Below are positions 9,854 through 20,276 of a stretch of DNA of 60,094 nt, piece by piece. Numbering within the stretch: the first letter of the stretch is position 1; every line of letters starts with the position of its first letter. Source of the stretch: Patescibacteria group bacterium (GTDB taxonomy: Bacteria; Patescibacteriota; Kazan-3B-28; UBA10110). Where the stretch lies: NCBI GenBank assembly GCA_041659905.1, contig JBAZXK010000003.1, forward strand, positions 1-60,094, read 5' to 3'. Under the pieces are notes generated by a model that saw nothing but the letters and a program-made list of their open reading frames with translations, made no database searches and had not been told where the DNA came from. The position numbers and the translations under genes are program-made.

Positions 9854-11884
9854 TTACTCACTATGCGGGAGCAAATGCAACTGGATTTTCTTTTTTAATT
9901 CCGGGTAGTTCTTTAAAGCTGGATCCTGAGCTATTAAAGAAGCAGCTGCCGCATGAGTGGCCTTGATTAATTTCTCATCCAACAAATTAGCAATTTTTAA
10001 GTGCAGAAACCCGGATTGCTGCGCATTAAAAAAGGCACCCGGACCCCGCAAGGCTAAATCCAGCTTAGCCAATTCTGTTCCATCGTTAGTTTTGATAAAA
10101 GCCTGCAACCGGTCCGAGGTTTCGATATCATCCAATTTGGTTTCGATGAGGCAATAGGATTGCAGATGACTCCGGCCGACCCGGCCGCGCAATTGATGCA
10201 GCTCGGCCAGGCCAAACCGTTCCGCATCTTTGATCCAAATCACGGTAGCGGCTGCAACATCAATGCCGACTTCAATTACGGAAGTAGCCAGCAGAATATC
10301 AATATCGCCATCTTTGAAATCGCGCATAATTCTCAGTTTTTCTTCAGCAGGAATGCGTCCATGCAGGGTGGCGATATTAGCCTGAGGAAACAATTGGGCG
10401 AGATGTTTGATTTCTGACGCAATCGAAGCTCGTTCTGCCTTGGTATCCTCGTTAATTAAGGGAGTGATCACAAACACCTTATGTTTAGCGGCAATTTCTT
10501 TATTTATTAATTGGCGCACTTTCTCTAAATTGCGAGCAGTTGCCAGCCGGGTAATAATGGGCAGCCGGCCGCGGGGAATTTCAGTCAGAGTAGACACATC
10601 CAAGTCGCTAAACAAAGCCAAAAACAGCGTGCGGGGGATAGGGGTAGCACTCAAACTGACAAAATGCGGCGTAGAGGCACCAGCTTTGTTTTTTAATTGA
10701 TAGCGTTGGCCGACCCCAAAGCGGTGCTGTTCGTCCACAATCACTAAATCAAGGTTTTTGAAAGCGACTTGTTTTTGGATTAGAGCATGGGTACCAATCA
10801 CTAAATTGATTTGTCCGTTTTCTATTTCAGAGTAATCGGCTAATTTAGTGCTGCCAGTAAGCAGAGTGGTCGTAATGCCAAATTTAGCCAGTAACGGCTG
10901 CAAATTGTAATAATGCTGAACAGCTAAGACTTCTGTCGGTGCCATGAGAGCGGCTTGATATCCTCCCTGAATGGCAGCGACGATGGCAGCCGCTGCAACA
11001 ATAGTTTTACCGGAACCAACATCACCCAATAATAATCGATTAGTGGCCTTATCCGCCGATAAGTCAGTTAAAATTTCTTGGATAGCTTGATTTTGGCTAG
11101 AAGTTAAAGGAAAACTAATTTGCGACTGAAATTTAGGTAAAAAATTATCCGCTACCACGATCGGGTAGCTAGGTTCGTTCGCCCAATGCTTTTTAATAAA
11201 AGCCATACTCAGCTGAATCAAAAATAATTCGTCAAATCCTAAGCGTTTCTTAGCTAGTTCTAACTCCAACAAAGAAGCGGGGAAATGAATATTCTCCAAA
11301 GCATTAGCGAACGGCACTAAATGATATTTTTTAATAATTTCTAGAGGTAAGATCTCTGACTGGTGCCGTATGGTATTAAGCAATGTTTTCATAATTCTAC
11401 GGATCATCTTGCTCCCGAGACCGGCAGTTTCCGGATAGATGGGGACAATGCGTCCGGCATGCACAGGGGAGTGATCGGCTTTCTCGAAGACCGGGCTCAT
11501 TAAGGTGAGATGGCCTTGGTAGCTGCCCACTTTCCCGCTGAAATAATAGTCCTCATCTTTTTTGAGAGCAGTTTGTAAATAGGGCTGGTTAAACCAGGTT
11601 ACCCGCAAAGAACCGCTAGCGTCTTGAGCAATAGCGTTAGTAATAAACATGCGTTTATAGGGAGAACGAAAGTGGGAGAGAGAAATCAGCTTAGCTTTAA
11701 CGGTAATCTTCTGATCTGCTTGAGCAGATATCAAGGGCGCCAGGGCGCTCAAGTCCTCCCATTTGCGCGGGTAGTAGTGGAGAAGGTCTGAGACCTGCTG
11801 TAACCCTAATTTCTGCCATTTTGGGGCAGTAGCGGGGCCAATTCCAGGCAATTTAGTAATTGGGTCTGTAAGGAGAAAAAACAC
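9854..11884 (-). CDS. recG: ATP-dependent DNA helicase RecG
   Basis: 676 aa. N-terminal wedge/OB region, Walker A GDVGSGKT, DEQHRFG box, helicase C motifs (QLRGRVGR). Confidence 0.92.
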   Translation of the reverse strand: MFFLLTDPITKLPGIGPATAPKWQKLGLQQVSDLLHYYPRKWEDLSALAPLISAQADQKITVKAKLISLSHFRSPYKRMFITNAIAQDASGSLRVTWFNQPYLQTALKKDEDYYFSGKVGSYQGHLTLMSPVFEKADHSPVHAGRIVPIYPETAGLGSKMIRRIMKTLLNTIRHQSEILPLEIIKKYHLVPFANALENIHFPASLLELELAKKRLGFDELFLIQLSMAFIKKHWANEPSYPIVVADNFLPKFQSQISFPLTSSQNQAIQEILTDLSADKATNRLLLGDVGSGKTIVAAAAIVAAIQGGYQAALMAPTEVLAVQHYYNLQPLLAKFGITTTLLTGSTKLADYSEIENGQINLVIGTHALIQKQVAFKNLDLVIVDEQHRFGVGQRYQLKNKAGASTPHFVSLSATPIPRTLFLALFSDLDVSTLTEIPRGRLPIITRLATARNLEKVRQLINKEIAAKHKVFVITPLINEDTKAERASIASEIKHLAQLFPQANIATLHGRIPAEEKLRIMRDFKDGDIDILLATSVIEVGIDVAAATVIWIKDAERFGLAELHQLRGRVGRSHLQSYCLIETKLDDIETSDRLQAFIKTNDGTELAKLDLALRGPGAFFNAQQSGFLHLKIANLLDEKLIKATHAAAASLIAQDPALKNYPELKKKIQLHLLPHSE

Positions 11885-12162
11885 GATTTTTATGCTCTGG
11901 GAGCTAAAAAGTTCTTGATTAAAACCGAAAAAAGGAGTATAATTAAATAATAGGATAAGGAGGGGTTAACATACTAAGCTTAACCCACCTATGAACAAAA
12001 ACGAACAGATTATCAGCTTTGAGGGGATGCGCTTTGACGGGAGTCGGCGTGCCCGTTTGCCGAGAGCCAAACAATGGAAAGCTCGGCGCCAAGTCAAAAA
12101 TCGGTTGGGCATATCGCGTAATTTACGGAGTGTCTTTAGTGGTCTCTTGGGGGCGTAAACTA

Positions 12163-13356
12163 TTATTGAAGTTTCACAAACTTGCGCTTGCCTACGGAGA
12201 GGACCATGCCCGCTATTGGGTTGATTTGTTGGTCTGGTTCAGTGACTAGTTGCTGGTCAATTTTGACAGCTTTTTGTTCCACCATTCGGCGTGCTTCTGA
12301 TTTAGAATCGACCAATTTAGTTATTACCAGCAAATCTACCAAGGTGGTAGGTTTTGGGGTAACTTGCATCATTGGCATATCATCAGGCAATTCACCCTTT
12401 TGAAAAGTTTTAATAAAGTCAGCTTCGGCGGTGTCGGCGGCGACTGCATCGTGATACATGGCGACAATAGTTTTAGCGAGGCGAATTTTGATGTCTCGCG
12501 GATTGGTGCCCGATTTTAATTCCTGAGCCATGTCAGCCAATTCTTTGTCGGATAAATTAGTGCAAAGTTTCCAGTAGTCTAACATCAGACTATCCGGAAT
12601 CGACATAATTTTGCCGAATTGGACTGCGGCGGGTTCGGCAATACCGATATAATTGCCTAGACTTTTAGACATTTTTTTAACACCATCAATACCCAAAAGT
12701 AGCGGCACAATCATAATATCTTGTTCGGGTTGATTGAATTTTCTTTGCAAATCCCTTCCCATAAGCAAATTAAGTTTCTGGTCCACTCCGCCCAATTCCA
12801 CGTCAGCTTTTAACTGAACCGAATCATAACCTTGCATTACGGAGTAAAGAGCTTCATGCAAGCCGACCTCGCCACCTTGTTTAGCCCGTTGCGTAAAATC
12901 CTCTCGTTCAGTCACCTGAGTGATGGTTACGTGAGCTAGTAGTTGGATGACTTGAGCTAAGTCCATGGCAGCAAACCATTCGCCGTTACGGCGGATTTCG
13001 CATTTGCTCACGTCCAAAATCTTACCCACTTGTTCCAAATAGGTTTTCGCATTTTGTTCAATAGCTTCGTCAGATAAAACCGGACGTGTGGTGTTGCGTC
13101 CGCTAGGATCGCCGATCTTGCTAGTATAGTCACCGATCAAAAAGATAATCGTGTGACCAGCGTCTTGAAACTGTTTCAATTTCCACAGTGACACGGCATG
13201 TCCCAAATGCAGATCGGGGCTGGTCGGATCCACGCCCAATTTAATTCGTAAGGGTGTTGGCCCCCCTAATTTTTTTATGAGACTGGATTTATCGATGATC
13301 TCGCTGACGTTTCTGCCTAAAATGAGATCATTAAGAACCGAGTTATTTTTAGCCAT
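12163..13356 (-). CDS. tyrS: tyrosine--tRNA ligase
   Basis: HIGH-type motif (PDLHLGHAV), KMSKS motif (KKMSKSLGN), and a C-terminal S4-like domain (SKSEARRMVEQKAVKID). Confidence 0.92.
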   Translation of the reverse strand: MAKNNSVLNDLILGRNVSEIIDKSSLIKKLGGPTPLRIKLGVDPTSPDLHLGHAVSLWKLKQFQDAGHTIIFLIGDYTSKIGDPSGRNTTRPVLSDEAIEQNAKTYLEQVGKILDVSKCEIRRNGEWFAAMDLAQVIQLLAHVTITQVTEREDFTQRAKQGGEVGLHEALYSVMQGYDSVQLKADVELGGVDQKLNLLMGRDLQRKFNQPEQDIMIVPLLLGIDGVKKMSKSLGNYIGIAEPAAVQFGKIMSIPDSLMLDYWKLCTNLSDKELADMAQELKSGTNPRDIKIRLAKTIVAMYHDAVAADTAEADFIKTFQKGELPDDMPMMQVTPKPTTLVDLLVITKLVDSKSEARRMVEQKAVKIDQQLVTEPDQQINPIAGMVLSVGKRKFVKLQ

Positions 13357-13456
13357 AGCCTTAACTTATGTCTTGATTATATCAGATGAGGTGAGGAAGG
13401 TTAGAGGTGAGCGCTACTTTGTTATATAATATGGATTGTAACAAAGGAGATAAAGA

Positions 13457-16276
13457 GTGGGAGAATTACTGCCGTTGTTTAAGAACAATTCAGCGGTGAC
13501 GCGGTCGCGTTGGCGTCGCCGTGCCTGGCTGCGTCGCCATAAACAAACTATGGCCAGTTGGCTGCAGAATTTGGGTATTCAGAGTCCATCCAAACTAGTT
13601 TTAGGCGCAGGTATAATCGTAGTGCTGTTTTTCTCGTTTTTGGCCGCGGTTTTAAGTATCGGCTTGCCTAATCCTTCGAGCATGACCATTCAAAGATCAG
13701 GCCAATCCACTAAAGTGCTCGATCGCAACGGGATAGTATTGTATGACATTTATGGCGAGCAGCGCCGGACGCTAGTTTCATTTGTAGACACGCCGGATTA
13801 TGTGAAGCAAGCCACCCTAGCTGCCGAGGACAGTAATTTTTATATCCACGGCGGTTTTGATGTCAAAGGCTTACTCCGCGGATTAGTTCTGAAACCGTTG
13901 ACCGGTCGCGGTTTCCAGGGCGGTAGCACGATCACGCAACAATACGCTAAAAATATCTTTCTAACGTCTAGCCGTTCCATCTTTCGTAAAATGAGGGAAT
14001 TTATTTTGGCGGTGGAGATAGAAAAACTCTACACCAAAGACAAGATTCTGGAAATGTACCTCAACAGTATTCCTTATGGCAACAGTTATTATGGCATCGA
14101 AACAGCTGCGCAGGGTTATTACGGCAAATCGGTTAAAGAATTAACTCTCGCCGAAATAGCCGCGCTGGTGGCTCTGCCGCAAGCCCCGTCTTACTATTCG
14201 CCGTACGGCGGAGATTATGAAAAGCGCTTACTCCCGCGAAAAGATTGGGTATTGGATCGGATGTTGGAACTGGGTTATATCACCAGCAAACAATGCCAAG
14301 AAGCTAAAACTCAGAAACTCACTTTTTTGGTTAAAAGAGATAGTATCCGAGCGCCTCATTTTGTAATGTATGTAAAAGAATTGTTGTCGGAGAAATACGG
14401 CGACCGCGCGCTCGAAGAAGGCGGCTTTACTATTACAACAACGTTGGACTGGACTAAACAACAAGCTGCTGAAGATATTGTGGCGGCCAAAGCCCAGACT
14501 AATAAAGAAAAATACAGTGCCAGCAATGCAGCGCTGGTGTCTATCGATCCGCATACCGGCGAGATCTTGGCGATGGTAGGTTCGGCTAATTATCTGGATG
14601 AATCCATTGGGGGATATGTTAATGTAGCCACCCGCGAACGGCAACCCGGCTCAGCCTTTAAGCCGATTGTCTACGCGGCGGCTTTTTTGAAGGGCTATAG
14701 TCCAGCCACTATGTTAATGGATGTGCACACTAATTTTGGCCAAGGCTATGATCCGTATAATTATGACAACAGATCCCGTGGTCCAATCTCTATCCGGCAA
14801 GCGTTAGGCAATTCTTTGAATGTGCCGGCCGTAAAAGCCTTAGCTTATGTAGGAGTGAATGAGGCGATTGAGTTAGCGCACAAAATCGGTATTACTACTA
14901 TGACTAAACCGGACACGTATGGATTATCGCTTGTGTTGGGAGGAGCGGAAGTTAAATTGTTAGAGTTAACCTCGGCTTACGGCGCTTTAGCGGCCGGCGG
15001 GCAATGGACAGAGCCGTTATCAGTATTAAAAGTTGTCGATAATCGGGGCAGGGTATTGGAACAAAACAAGCCTCAGCCTCTGCGGCAGATTTTTGACGCC
15101 GAAGCCGCCTATCAAGTGACCAGTATTTTAAGTGATGATGCGGCCAGGGTGCCGACTTTTCCTGCGGGAGGATATCTTACCTTGCCGGGCCGGCCGGTAG
15201 CGGCTAAGACCGGAACTACTCAAAGCTACCGTGATGCCTGGACGATAGGTTATACTCCCGATTTGGTCACGGGAGTTTGGGCGGGCAATAATGATAATTC
15301 CGAAATGGATAAAGCCGCCGGCTATGCCGTGGCTTCGCCCATCTGGAATGCTTATATGCGGCAAGCGACTGCTAATATGCCAGTCAAAGCGTTTCCCGTG
15401 CCGGAAGGTATTCGCCAAGTAGTGGTAGATGAATTGTCCGGCAAATTACCCACGGATGCTACGCCTAGCACAAAAACTGAAGTATTTTCTAGCTGGAACG
15501 CCCCAACCGAAAAAGATGATGTGCACAAAAGAGTCCGCGTGGTCAAAGGCACCGATTTATTGGCGCCATCAGGCTACTCAGAAGACCAAGTGGAATATAA
15601 AATCTACACAGAATTGCATTCCGAAAGGCCAGATAATTCGGCCTGGGAAAACCCAGTATTAAAATGGGCGCAGGAGAACGGTTATAATAATGTACCGACG
15701 CAATACTATGATGGCTCGGTAATCACGGGAGGAGAAATTAATATCACCTGGCCCCAGAATGGTGGTCAGATCGCCGGCAATTTTACTATTAACGCCACGG
15801 TCAAGAATGAAACTGTGGTTAAAGAGATTGGGCTCTATTACGACAGCAATCTAGTGCGTAAAGTAACTCAGGCGCCCTGGACAGCCGAAGTCACCGGAGT
15901 AGTTTTAGATGGGAGGAGCCATCAAGTAACGGCCCGGCTATTTAAAAAAGATGGGAGCACGGTAGAAACTTCTATCAGTGTGATAGCGGGGCAGGCCCAA
16001 TCTTCTGATATGGTCACTATGGCTAATCCCAGTACCAGCTTCTTCCCGTTAGATTTATCAGCGCAGCTGACCGAGAAAGGGAAGCAGCTTAATATCCAGA
16101 AGATAGAAATTTATTTAGACAATAAATTAGAAGAATCTTTTTTGCCCAACGCTACCGGAGCGTACACGGCTAGAGTTGAAAGCGGGATCAAGGGGCAACA
16201 TAGTGCTTATGCTAAACTCTATGACAAAGGCGGAGCTACTTATACCAGCAATACGATTACTTTCGAAACCCGTTAA
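13457..16276 (+). CDS. bifunctional class A penicillin-binding protein (glycosyltransferase + transpeptidase) with a long C-terminal beta-rich extension
   Basis: GT51 motifs EDSNFYIHGGFD and GGSTITQQ. Transpeptidase motifs SAFKP, SLN and KTGT. About 250 extra C-terminal residues. Confidence 0.9.
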   Translation: MGELLPLFKNNSAVTRSRWRRRAWLRRHKQTMASWLQNLGIQSPSKLVLGAGIIVVLFFSFLAAVLSIGLPNPSSMTIQRSGQSTKVLDRNGIVLYDIYGEQRRTLVSFVDTPDYVKQATLAAEDSNFYIHGGFDVKGLLRGLVLKPLTGRGFQGGSTITQQYAKNIFLTSSRSIFRKMREFILAVEIEKLYTKDKILEMYLNSIPYGNSYYGIETAAQGYYGKSVKELTLAEIAALVALPQAPSYYSPYGGDYEKRLLPRKDWVLDRMLELGYITSKQCQEAKTQKLTFLVKRDSIRAPHFVMYVKELLSEKYGDRALEEGGFTITTTLDWTKQQAAEDIVAAKAQTNKEKYSASNAALVSIDPHTGEILAMVGSANYLDESIGGYVNVATRERQPGSAFKPIVYAAAFLKGYSPATMLMDVHTNFGQGYDPYNYDNRSRGPISIRQALGNSLNVPAVKALAYVGVNEAIELAHKIGITTMTKPDTYGLSLVLGGAEVKLLELTSAYGALAAGGQWTEPLSVLKVVDNRGRVLEQNKPQPLRQIFDAEAAYQVTSILSDDAARVPTFPAGGYLTLPGRPVAAKTGTTQSYRDAWTIGYTPDLVTGVWAGNNDNSEMDKAAGYAVASPIWNAYMRQATANMPVKAFPVPEGIRQVVVDELSGKLPTDATPSTKTEVFSSWNAPTEKDDVHKRVRVVKGTDLLAPSGYSEDQVEYKIYTELHSERPDNSAWENPVLKWAQENGYNNVPTQYYDGSVITGGEINITWPQNGGQIAGNFTINATVKNETVVKEIGLYYDSNLVRKVTQAPWTAEVTGVVLDGRSHQVTARLFKKDGSTVETSISVIAGQAQSSDMVTMANPSTSFFPLDLSAQLTEKGKQLNIQKIEIYLDNKLEESFLPNATGAYTARVESGIKGQHSAYAKLYDKGGATYTSNTITFETR

Positions 16277-16296
16277 ATTCCCCTCCTGCATTTTCC

Positions 16297-16321
16297 GTCA
16301 TTCCCGCGCAGGCGGGAATCC
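16297..16321. repeat. hairpin repeat module gtcattcccgcgcaggcgggaatcc, the start of a roughly 270-bp mosaic of intergenic repeat modules (16290-16560)
   Basis: Perfect stem ttcccgc/gcgggaa. It is followed by two direct copies of cgctca(a/g)actccaatgtc(c/t)gg at 16497-16550. The same module style recurs in other intergenic regions of the window. Confidence 0.6.
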
Positions 16322-16674
16322 AGACATAAACAAAAACATTTCTTTGCCACTTTTCTGGAAAAGTGGCGTAAAAGCTCCGGACAGTCGTTTTCGCTATGGC
16401 TCTAATAAAATTACCTTTCTATTTCGCCAAACTCGGCCGATAGCACATCGGCCTCGAACAGCTGGCTCCATAAGCGGTAATTTTATTGAGCCATGACGCT
16501 CAAACTCCAATGTCCGGGTTGGGGAAAAAACGCTCAGACTCCAATGTCTGGTTTTGGAGAGTCTGAATTCTAATAGTGGGAGCTTGTGCTAAACCTACCT
16601 CCGTTATATTATTAGACATTACCATACTTTTACTTTCAAGGTGTGTGCCTTGAAAGAAAGGAGGTCGAACCTTA

Positions 16675-17040
16675 ATGAAGCACACTTTTGTGAGAGTCGG
16701 CAAAATCTCAGTTAAAACACTTCAGGATATTGCCAATATCTTTTGTGTTCCTCTCGAGATACTAGTGGAGTCTTCTGGTTACGGACGTATAATCTTTAGC
16801 TGCGAAGCTAGAGAAACTCAAAAAGCTCGAAAAGCTCGGAAAACTCAGAAGGCTCGAAAAGCTCGGAAGAAATTGCTCTATGTAGCAACATTCCCTGCCC
16901 AAGTTCTGCGGGGTGAAACAGTGATCATCTATATTGATCCCTCTTTCTGCTCAGAAAGAGAATCTCTCGAGTCATTCGATGAGCTGCCTCTGCGGCTCCA
17001 GAAATTCCTGGATTTGTTGTTGGACCTCTGGTTGTCATAA
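16675..17040 (+). CDS. hypothetical protein with an N-terminal HTH-like segment and a K/R-rich internal repeat
   Basis: 121 aa. ISVKTLQDIANIFCVPLEILV resembles helices 2-3 of an XRE-type HTH. Contains TQKARKARK twice. Confidence 0.45.
   Translation: MKHTFVRVGKISVKTLQDIANIFCVPLEILVESSGYGRIIFSCEARETQKARKARKTQKARKARKKLLYVATFPAQVLRGETVIIYIDPSFCSERESLESFDELPLRLQKFLDLLLDLWLS
16816..16869 (+). repeat. in-frame tandem duplication, 2 x 27 nt
   Basis: actcaaaaagctcgaaaagctcggaaa / actcagaaggctcgaaaagctcggaag, 24 of 27 identical, encoding TQKARKARK twice. Confidence 0.85.
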
Positions 17041-17320
17041 TTCACCTCACAAATTCTACTCTCAACTCGTTCAATGCCTGTACTCACCCGAAATCAAGGA
17101 CCGCTTTTTTTAAGCGGTCTATTCTTTTATCTAAAACCAATAGCTCTTCGCTATCCGCCAGCTGGTCGGATGTAGACCAGTGAGCTGTTGAAATAATGAG
17201 CACAAAAGATCTATCTGCTGGAGGAATAGTCAATTCTATGTAAATCAGGACTCCTAGCTATTTTTTAGTATATGTATTATCTTAAAGTATTAAAATCGTT
17301 TCTTGACATGGAGGAAATTT

Positions 17321-18085
17321 ATGTCACTATTCGCTAGAATTGTTCTAGGGGACTTAGTTGTTCCCCGGACTTTCGGGGGGGTTAATGACCCCTGGTCTAT
17401 CGGCACTGTCGTAGCAAACAAGCGTTTTGTAAAAGATACAATCGGTTCGTTATTGTCCATAAAAGATATCATCACAGATAAGGTTGTGGATGAAATAAGT
17501 TCAAACATTCATAAAATGGTGATCACGGACGATTATCCGAGAATAACCGATTTGGTTATTCCGAATGGAGGCAGCGCTAAAGATATAGGGAAAGTTATCG
17601 GAGAAATCGAATTGGATAGCCTTCATCCCAAGCTCGTGGTGCAGAACCTTGTCACATCAGAAAAAACCCAAATTGCCTCTGCGTTAGTAAGAGCGCTCAG
17701 GTGTTATGGCACAAGATGGGAAGATTTCCCCCTTGAAGATATGAAGGATAAGATCCTTGTCTTCACGGAATCGGGAGGATTGTTTATTGGACAAATCGAT
17801 ACCATTAGGCTCGTAACCGTATGTCAGGGGCTTCAGATTCAGCTACAGAAGGTCGAACGGCTTAGTCGCCGCCCGACCCATTTATGGCAATCTTTCCACG
17901 AATGTCGTCCCATAATAATATATCCGTTCGATTCAAAGAAAAGACCCCAGGCGGAAAGCTACGGTGTGATTAGTTTTAGAGAAGTGGGGACGGTCTATAT
18001 ATTCGAGAATAAAGAGATTGCTTCCCGATTTATCGCTGACAAACATACTACGGCGATACCTAAATGCCTGGCTGTATCGGCGTAA
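17321..18085 (+). CDS. hypothetical protein (orphan)
   Basis: The ORF track starts at 17303. The ATG at 17321 follows ggagg (17309-17313) by 7 nt. No motif I recognise. Confidence 0.55.
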   Translation: MSLFARIVLGDLVVPRTFGGVNDPWSIGTVVANKRFVKDTIGSLLSIKDIITDKVVDEISSNIHKMVITDDYPRITDLVIPNGGSAKDIGKVIGEIELDSLHPKLVVQNLVTSEKTQIASALVRALRCYGTRWEDFPLEDMKDKILVFTESGGLFIGQIDTIRLVTVCQGLQIQLQKVERLSRRPTHLWQSFHECRPIIIYPFDSKKRPQAESYGVISFREVGTVYIFENKEIASRFIADKHTTAIPKCLAVSA

Positions 18086-18316
18086 TTTCCCCTGTTGTAT
18101 CTTGTAACGGCCTGAACAATTTTGTTCGGGCTGTTTTACTTATGAGGGTAGATCCTGTGATATTATCTATCCCTAGGAGTCAAATCACAAAAAGATGCTC
18201 TAGTAGTCACTAATTTGCTTGATTAAAATTGTTTTTTCGTATATTGTTATTGTATTCTTGGCAATCAGGAGATAGCCTATGAATGCACACTAATATAAGA
18301 GAAGGAGTGATGAATT

Positions 18317-18688
18317 ATGCCGCTAGTTAGAGTATCAGGCCACCTTGTTGCCGATGCTGAAAAACGCGATGCATTGCGCAATAGCATTGTGCAGAAAATA
18401 ATGGGCGTCGAAAAGCTTGGTATCAACGATGAAAAAGGGATTACATGTTTGATTTACCCGACCGATAAGTTAGAGAGTGACCCTGGAACCGCTATCATCG
18501 TGGAAGTTATCGGATTATTTGATAAGCCCGAACGAACTGGTGAGGTTCTTAATTATTTAGCGGCTGAACTGAATGCGGCAATGAGGGAACATTTTCCTGA
18601 AACTGACCTGATTCAGTGTTTCACCAACCCATCTGACCCTGCCAAAGGATTTTCGGAGTCACGGAAGAAATCTGCACTGACAACCTAG
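18317..18688 (+). CDS. hypothetical protein, possibly a tautomerase-superfamily (Pro1) fold
   Basis: Starts MPLVRVSG (Pro right after the initiator Met) and shows two beta-alpha-beta-like halves (MPLVRV..AEKRDALRNSIVQKIMGV.. and IIVEVIGLFDKPERTGEVLNYLAAELNAAM). SD aggag lies upstream. The family call is by resemblance only. Confidence 0.35.
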   Translation: MPLVRVSGHLVADAEKRDALRNSIVQKIMGVEKLGINDEKGITCLIYPTDKLESDPGTAIIVEVIGLFDKPERTGEVLNYLAAELNAAMREHFPETDLIQCFTNPSDPAKGFSESRKKSALTT

Positions 18689-18737
18689 TAAAAGTCCTGC
18701 CCTAAACTGATATGCAGTTATTACTCAAAAATTGATC

Positions 18738-18765
18738 GCCCTGTTTTGCAACAGGGCTTATTTTT
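18738..18765 (+). terminator. rho-independent terminator
   Basis: gccctgtt-ttgc-aacagggc followed by ttattttt. Confidence 0.7.
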
Positions 18766-18934
18766 ATCTAAAAACTATAAAACCGGTCCTAACCTGCCTC
18801 GACTTGTCGCGAGTCAATGCGGGCATCTTCCATCCTTCGCAGGCAGCTACGGAATAGCAGGCCAATACTGTCTGTTATAAGAGCCGGTTATTTTGTATAT
18901 CAAAATATTAGATTAAAACTGATAAAATAGGATC

Positions 18935-19318
18935 GTGATGAAAACTAAAGGCTATAAAATAACCTTCTGCCTGAGTGCTGGCTATACTGGAACCGGCAAG
19001 ACTTATACTGCAAAATTTGCCGAGAAAGTAGTTGAGCAGTGGATGACAGGACGATTAAACAAGGGATTACCTACGGTAAATGGTGTCCTTTCTTTCGGTA
19101 AACTATTCTTTCCAGCTCATGGTAGGAGAAAAGATGGCAAGTTAATCTCGGTAGCCGAAGTAGGAGTATACACAGGAGAAGCTTCTTCGATAGCCGATGC
19201 CAAACTAAAAGACAGCGAGATTAAAAATACCCTAATATCTTTAGCCACTACACTCAAAGAGAGGTTGCAGCAGGATAAGGTATATATTATCTACAAAGAC
19301 AAGAACTGGTTTGTTTGA
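18935..19318 (+). CDS. hypothetical protein (orphan)
   Basis: 127-aa ORF (ATG at 18938). No motif I recognise. Confidence 0.5.
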   Translation: MMKTKGYKITFCLSAGYTGTGKTYTAKFAEKVVEQWMTGRLNKGLPTVNGVLSFGKLFFPAHGRRKDGKLISVAEVGVYTGEASSIADAKLKDSEIKNTLISLATTLKERLQQDKVYIIYKDKNWFV

Positions 19319-19430
19319 AAATAAACCCTAACTTCTTCCAAGATAGAGAGCCAAATAAATTGAGGCTTAGTGGAGCCTTTTTTTATTTACCCTATGTCGT
19401 GAGTTATAATTTTGGTGGTAAAATTTGGTT

Positions 19431-20150
19431 ATGAAAATAAGATTATTACAATGGAACACTTGGTTTAAAGAAGACGTAGAGAACAAATTACAACTTCTAA
19501 AGGAAGTTAATGCTGATATTTATTGTTTGCAAGAACTAAACATCAGCAAGGATAACAACGAATTTGAGTATATTAAAGAAAAACTCCATCTGAAAGGTGC
19601 TCTCGGAACTACGGACACCGACCACGGTGGGCAAGGAAACGCTATTTTAGCGAAATTCCCCATAAATTATTCAGAAACTAGTTTTGTTAAGGAGCCAGTG
19701 GAACCAAGAACTCATTTTTCCGATGAAGGAAGAATCTACGTAGAGACTCAGATTCAATTGCCCGATAATACAATGCTAAACATCGGAACGACACATATGT
19801 CCTATACTGACGCTTTTGAAGAAAATATGTTAAAGGAAGGCGAGTCGAACAAACTATTGGAATTGATTGGGGACCATAAAACCAATTTTATATTTTCTGG
19901 CGACTTAAATACGCCTGAAGATTCCAAATTAATAAAAGAATTAGAGAAATCATTAGATAATGCAGGACCCAATTATGAAGAAAAAACCTGGACCACAAAA
20001 GACTTTAATTATAACGGGTTTACTGCTAAATCACTTGAATGGAGATTGGATTTTATATTCAAAACAATGGACATTAAAGTTGTGAATGCAAAAGTGGTAC
20101 ATACAGATTTTTCTGACCATCTTCCGATTCTGGTCGAATTAGAGATTTAG
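19431..20150 (+). CDS. endonuclease/exonuclease/phosphatase (EEP) family protein
   Basis: IRLLQWNTW near the N-terminus, DIYCLQEL, GDLNTPEDS, and a C-terminal SDHLPILVELEI, which are the canonical EEP motifs. Confidence 0.8.
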   Translation: MKIRLLQWNTWFKEDVENKLQLLKEVNADIYCLQELNISKDNNEFEYIKEKLHLKGALGTTDTDHGGQGNAILAKFPINYSETSFVKEPVEPRTHFSDEGRIYVETQIQLPDNTMLNIGTTHMSYTDAFEENMLKEGESNKLLELIGDHKTNFIFSGDLNTPEDSKLIKELEKSLDNAGPNYEEKTWTTKDFNYNGFTAKSLEWRLDFIFKTMDIKVVNAKVVHTDFSDHLPILVELEI

Positions 20151-20276
20151 TTATTTTGGTTCTAATATTGTCTACTACCTGGAACCAAACAGAATCATTA
20201 GGTTTAAATACGGAGAGGGTTGACGGAGAGAAGGGTTTGGGGCAGGATATAATGGCTTTATAGGTAATTTTTGCGT

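Noticed and set aside
11991-12249. Small ORFs in the recG-tyrS spacer: a 55-codon basic ORF from the ATG at 11991, and the track ORF 12019..12249.
   Set aside because: SD spacing is poor, there is no recognisable motif, and 12019..12249 overlaps the 3' end of tyrS antisense. Evidence is insufficient.
16176-16703. ORFs 16176..16496 (+) and 16500..16703 (-).
   Set aside because: They lie in the mosaic repeat block downstream of PBP1A and consist of translated repeat modules.
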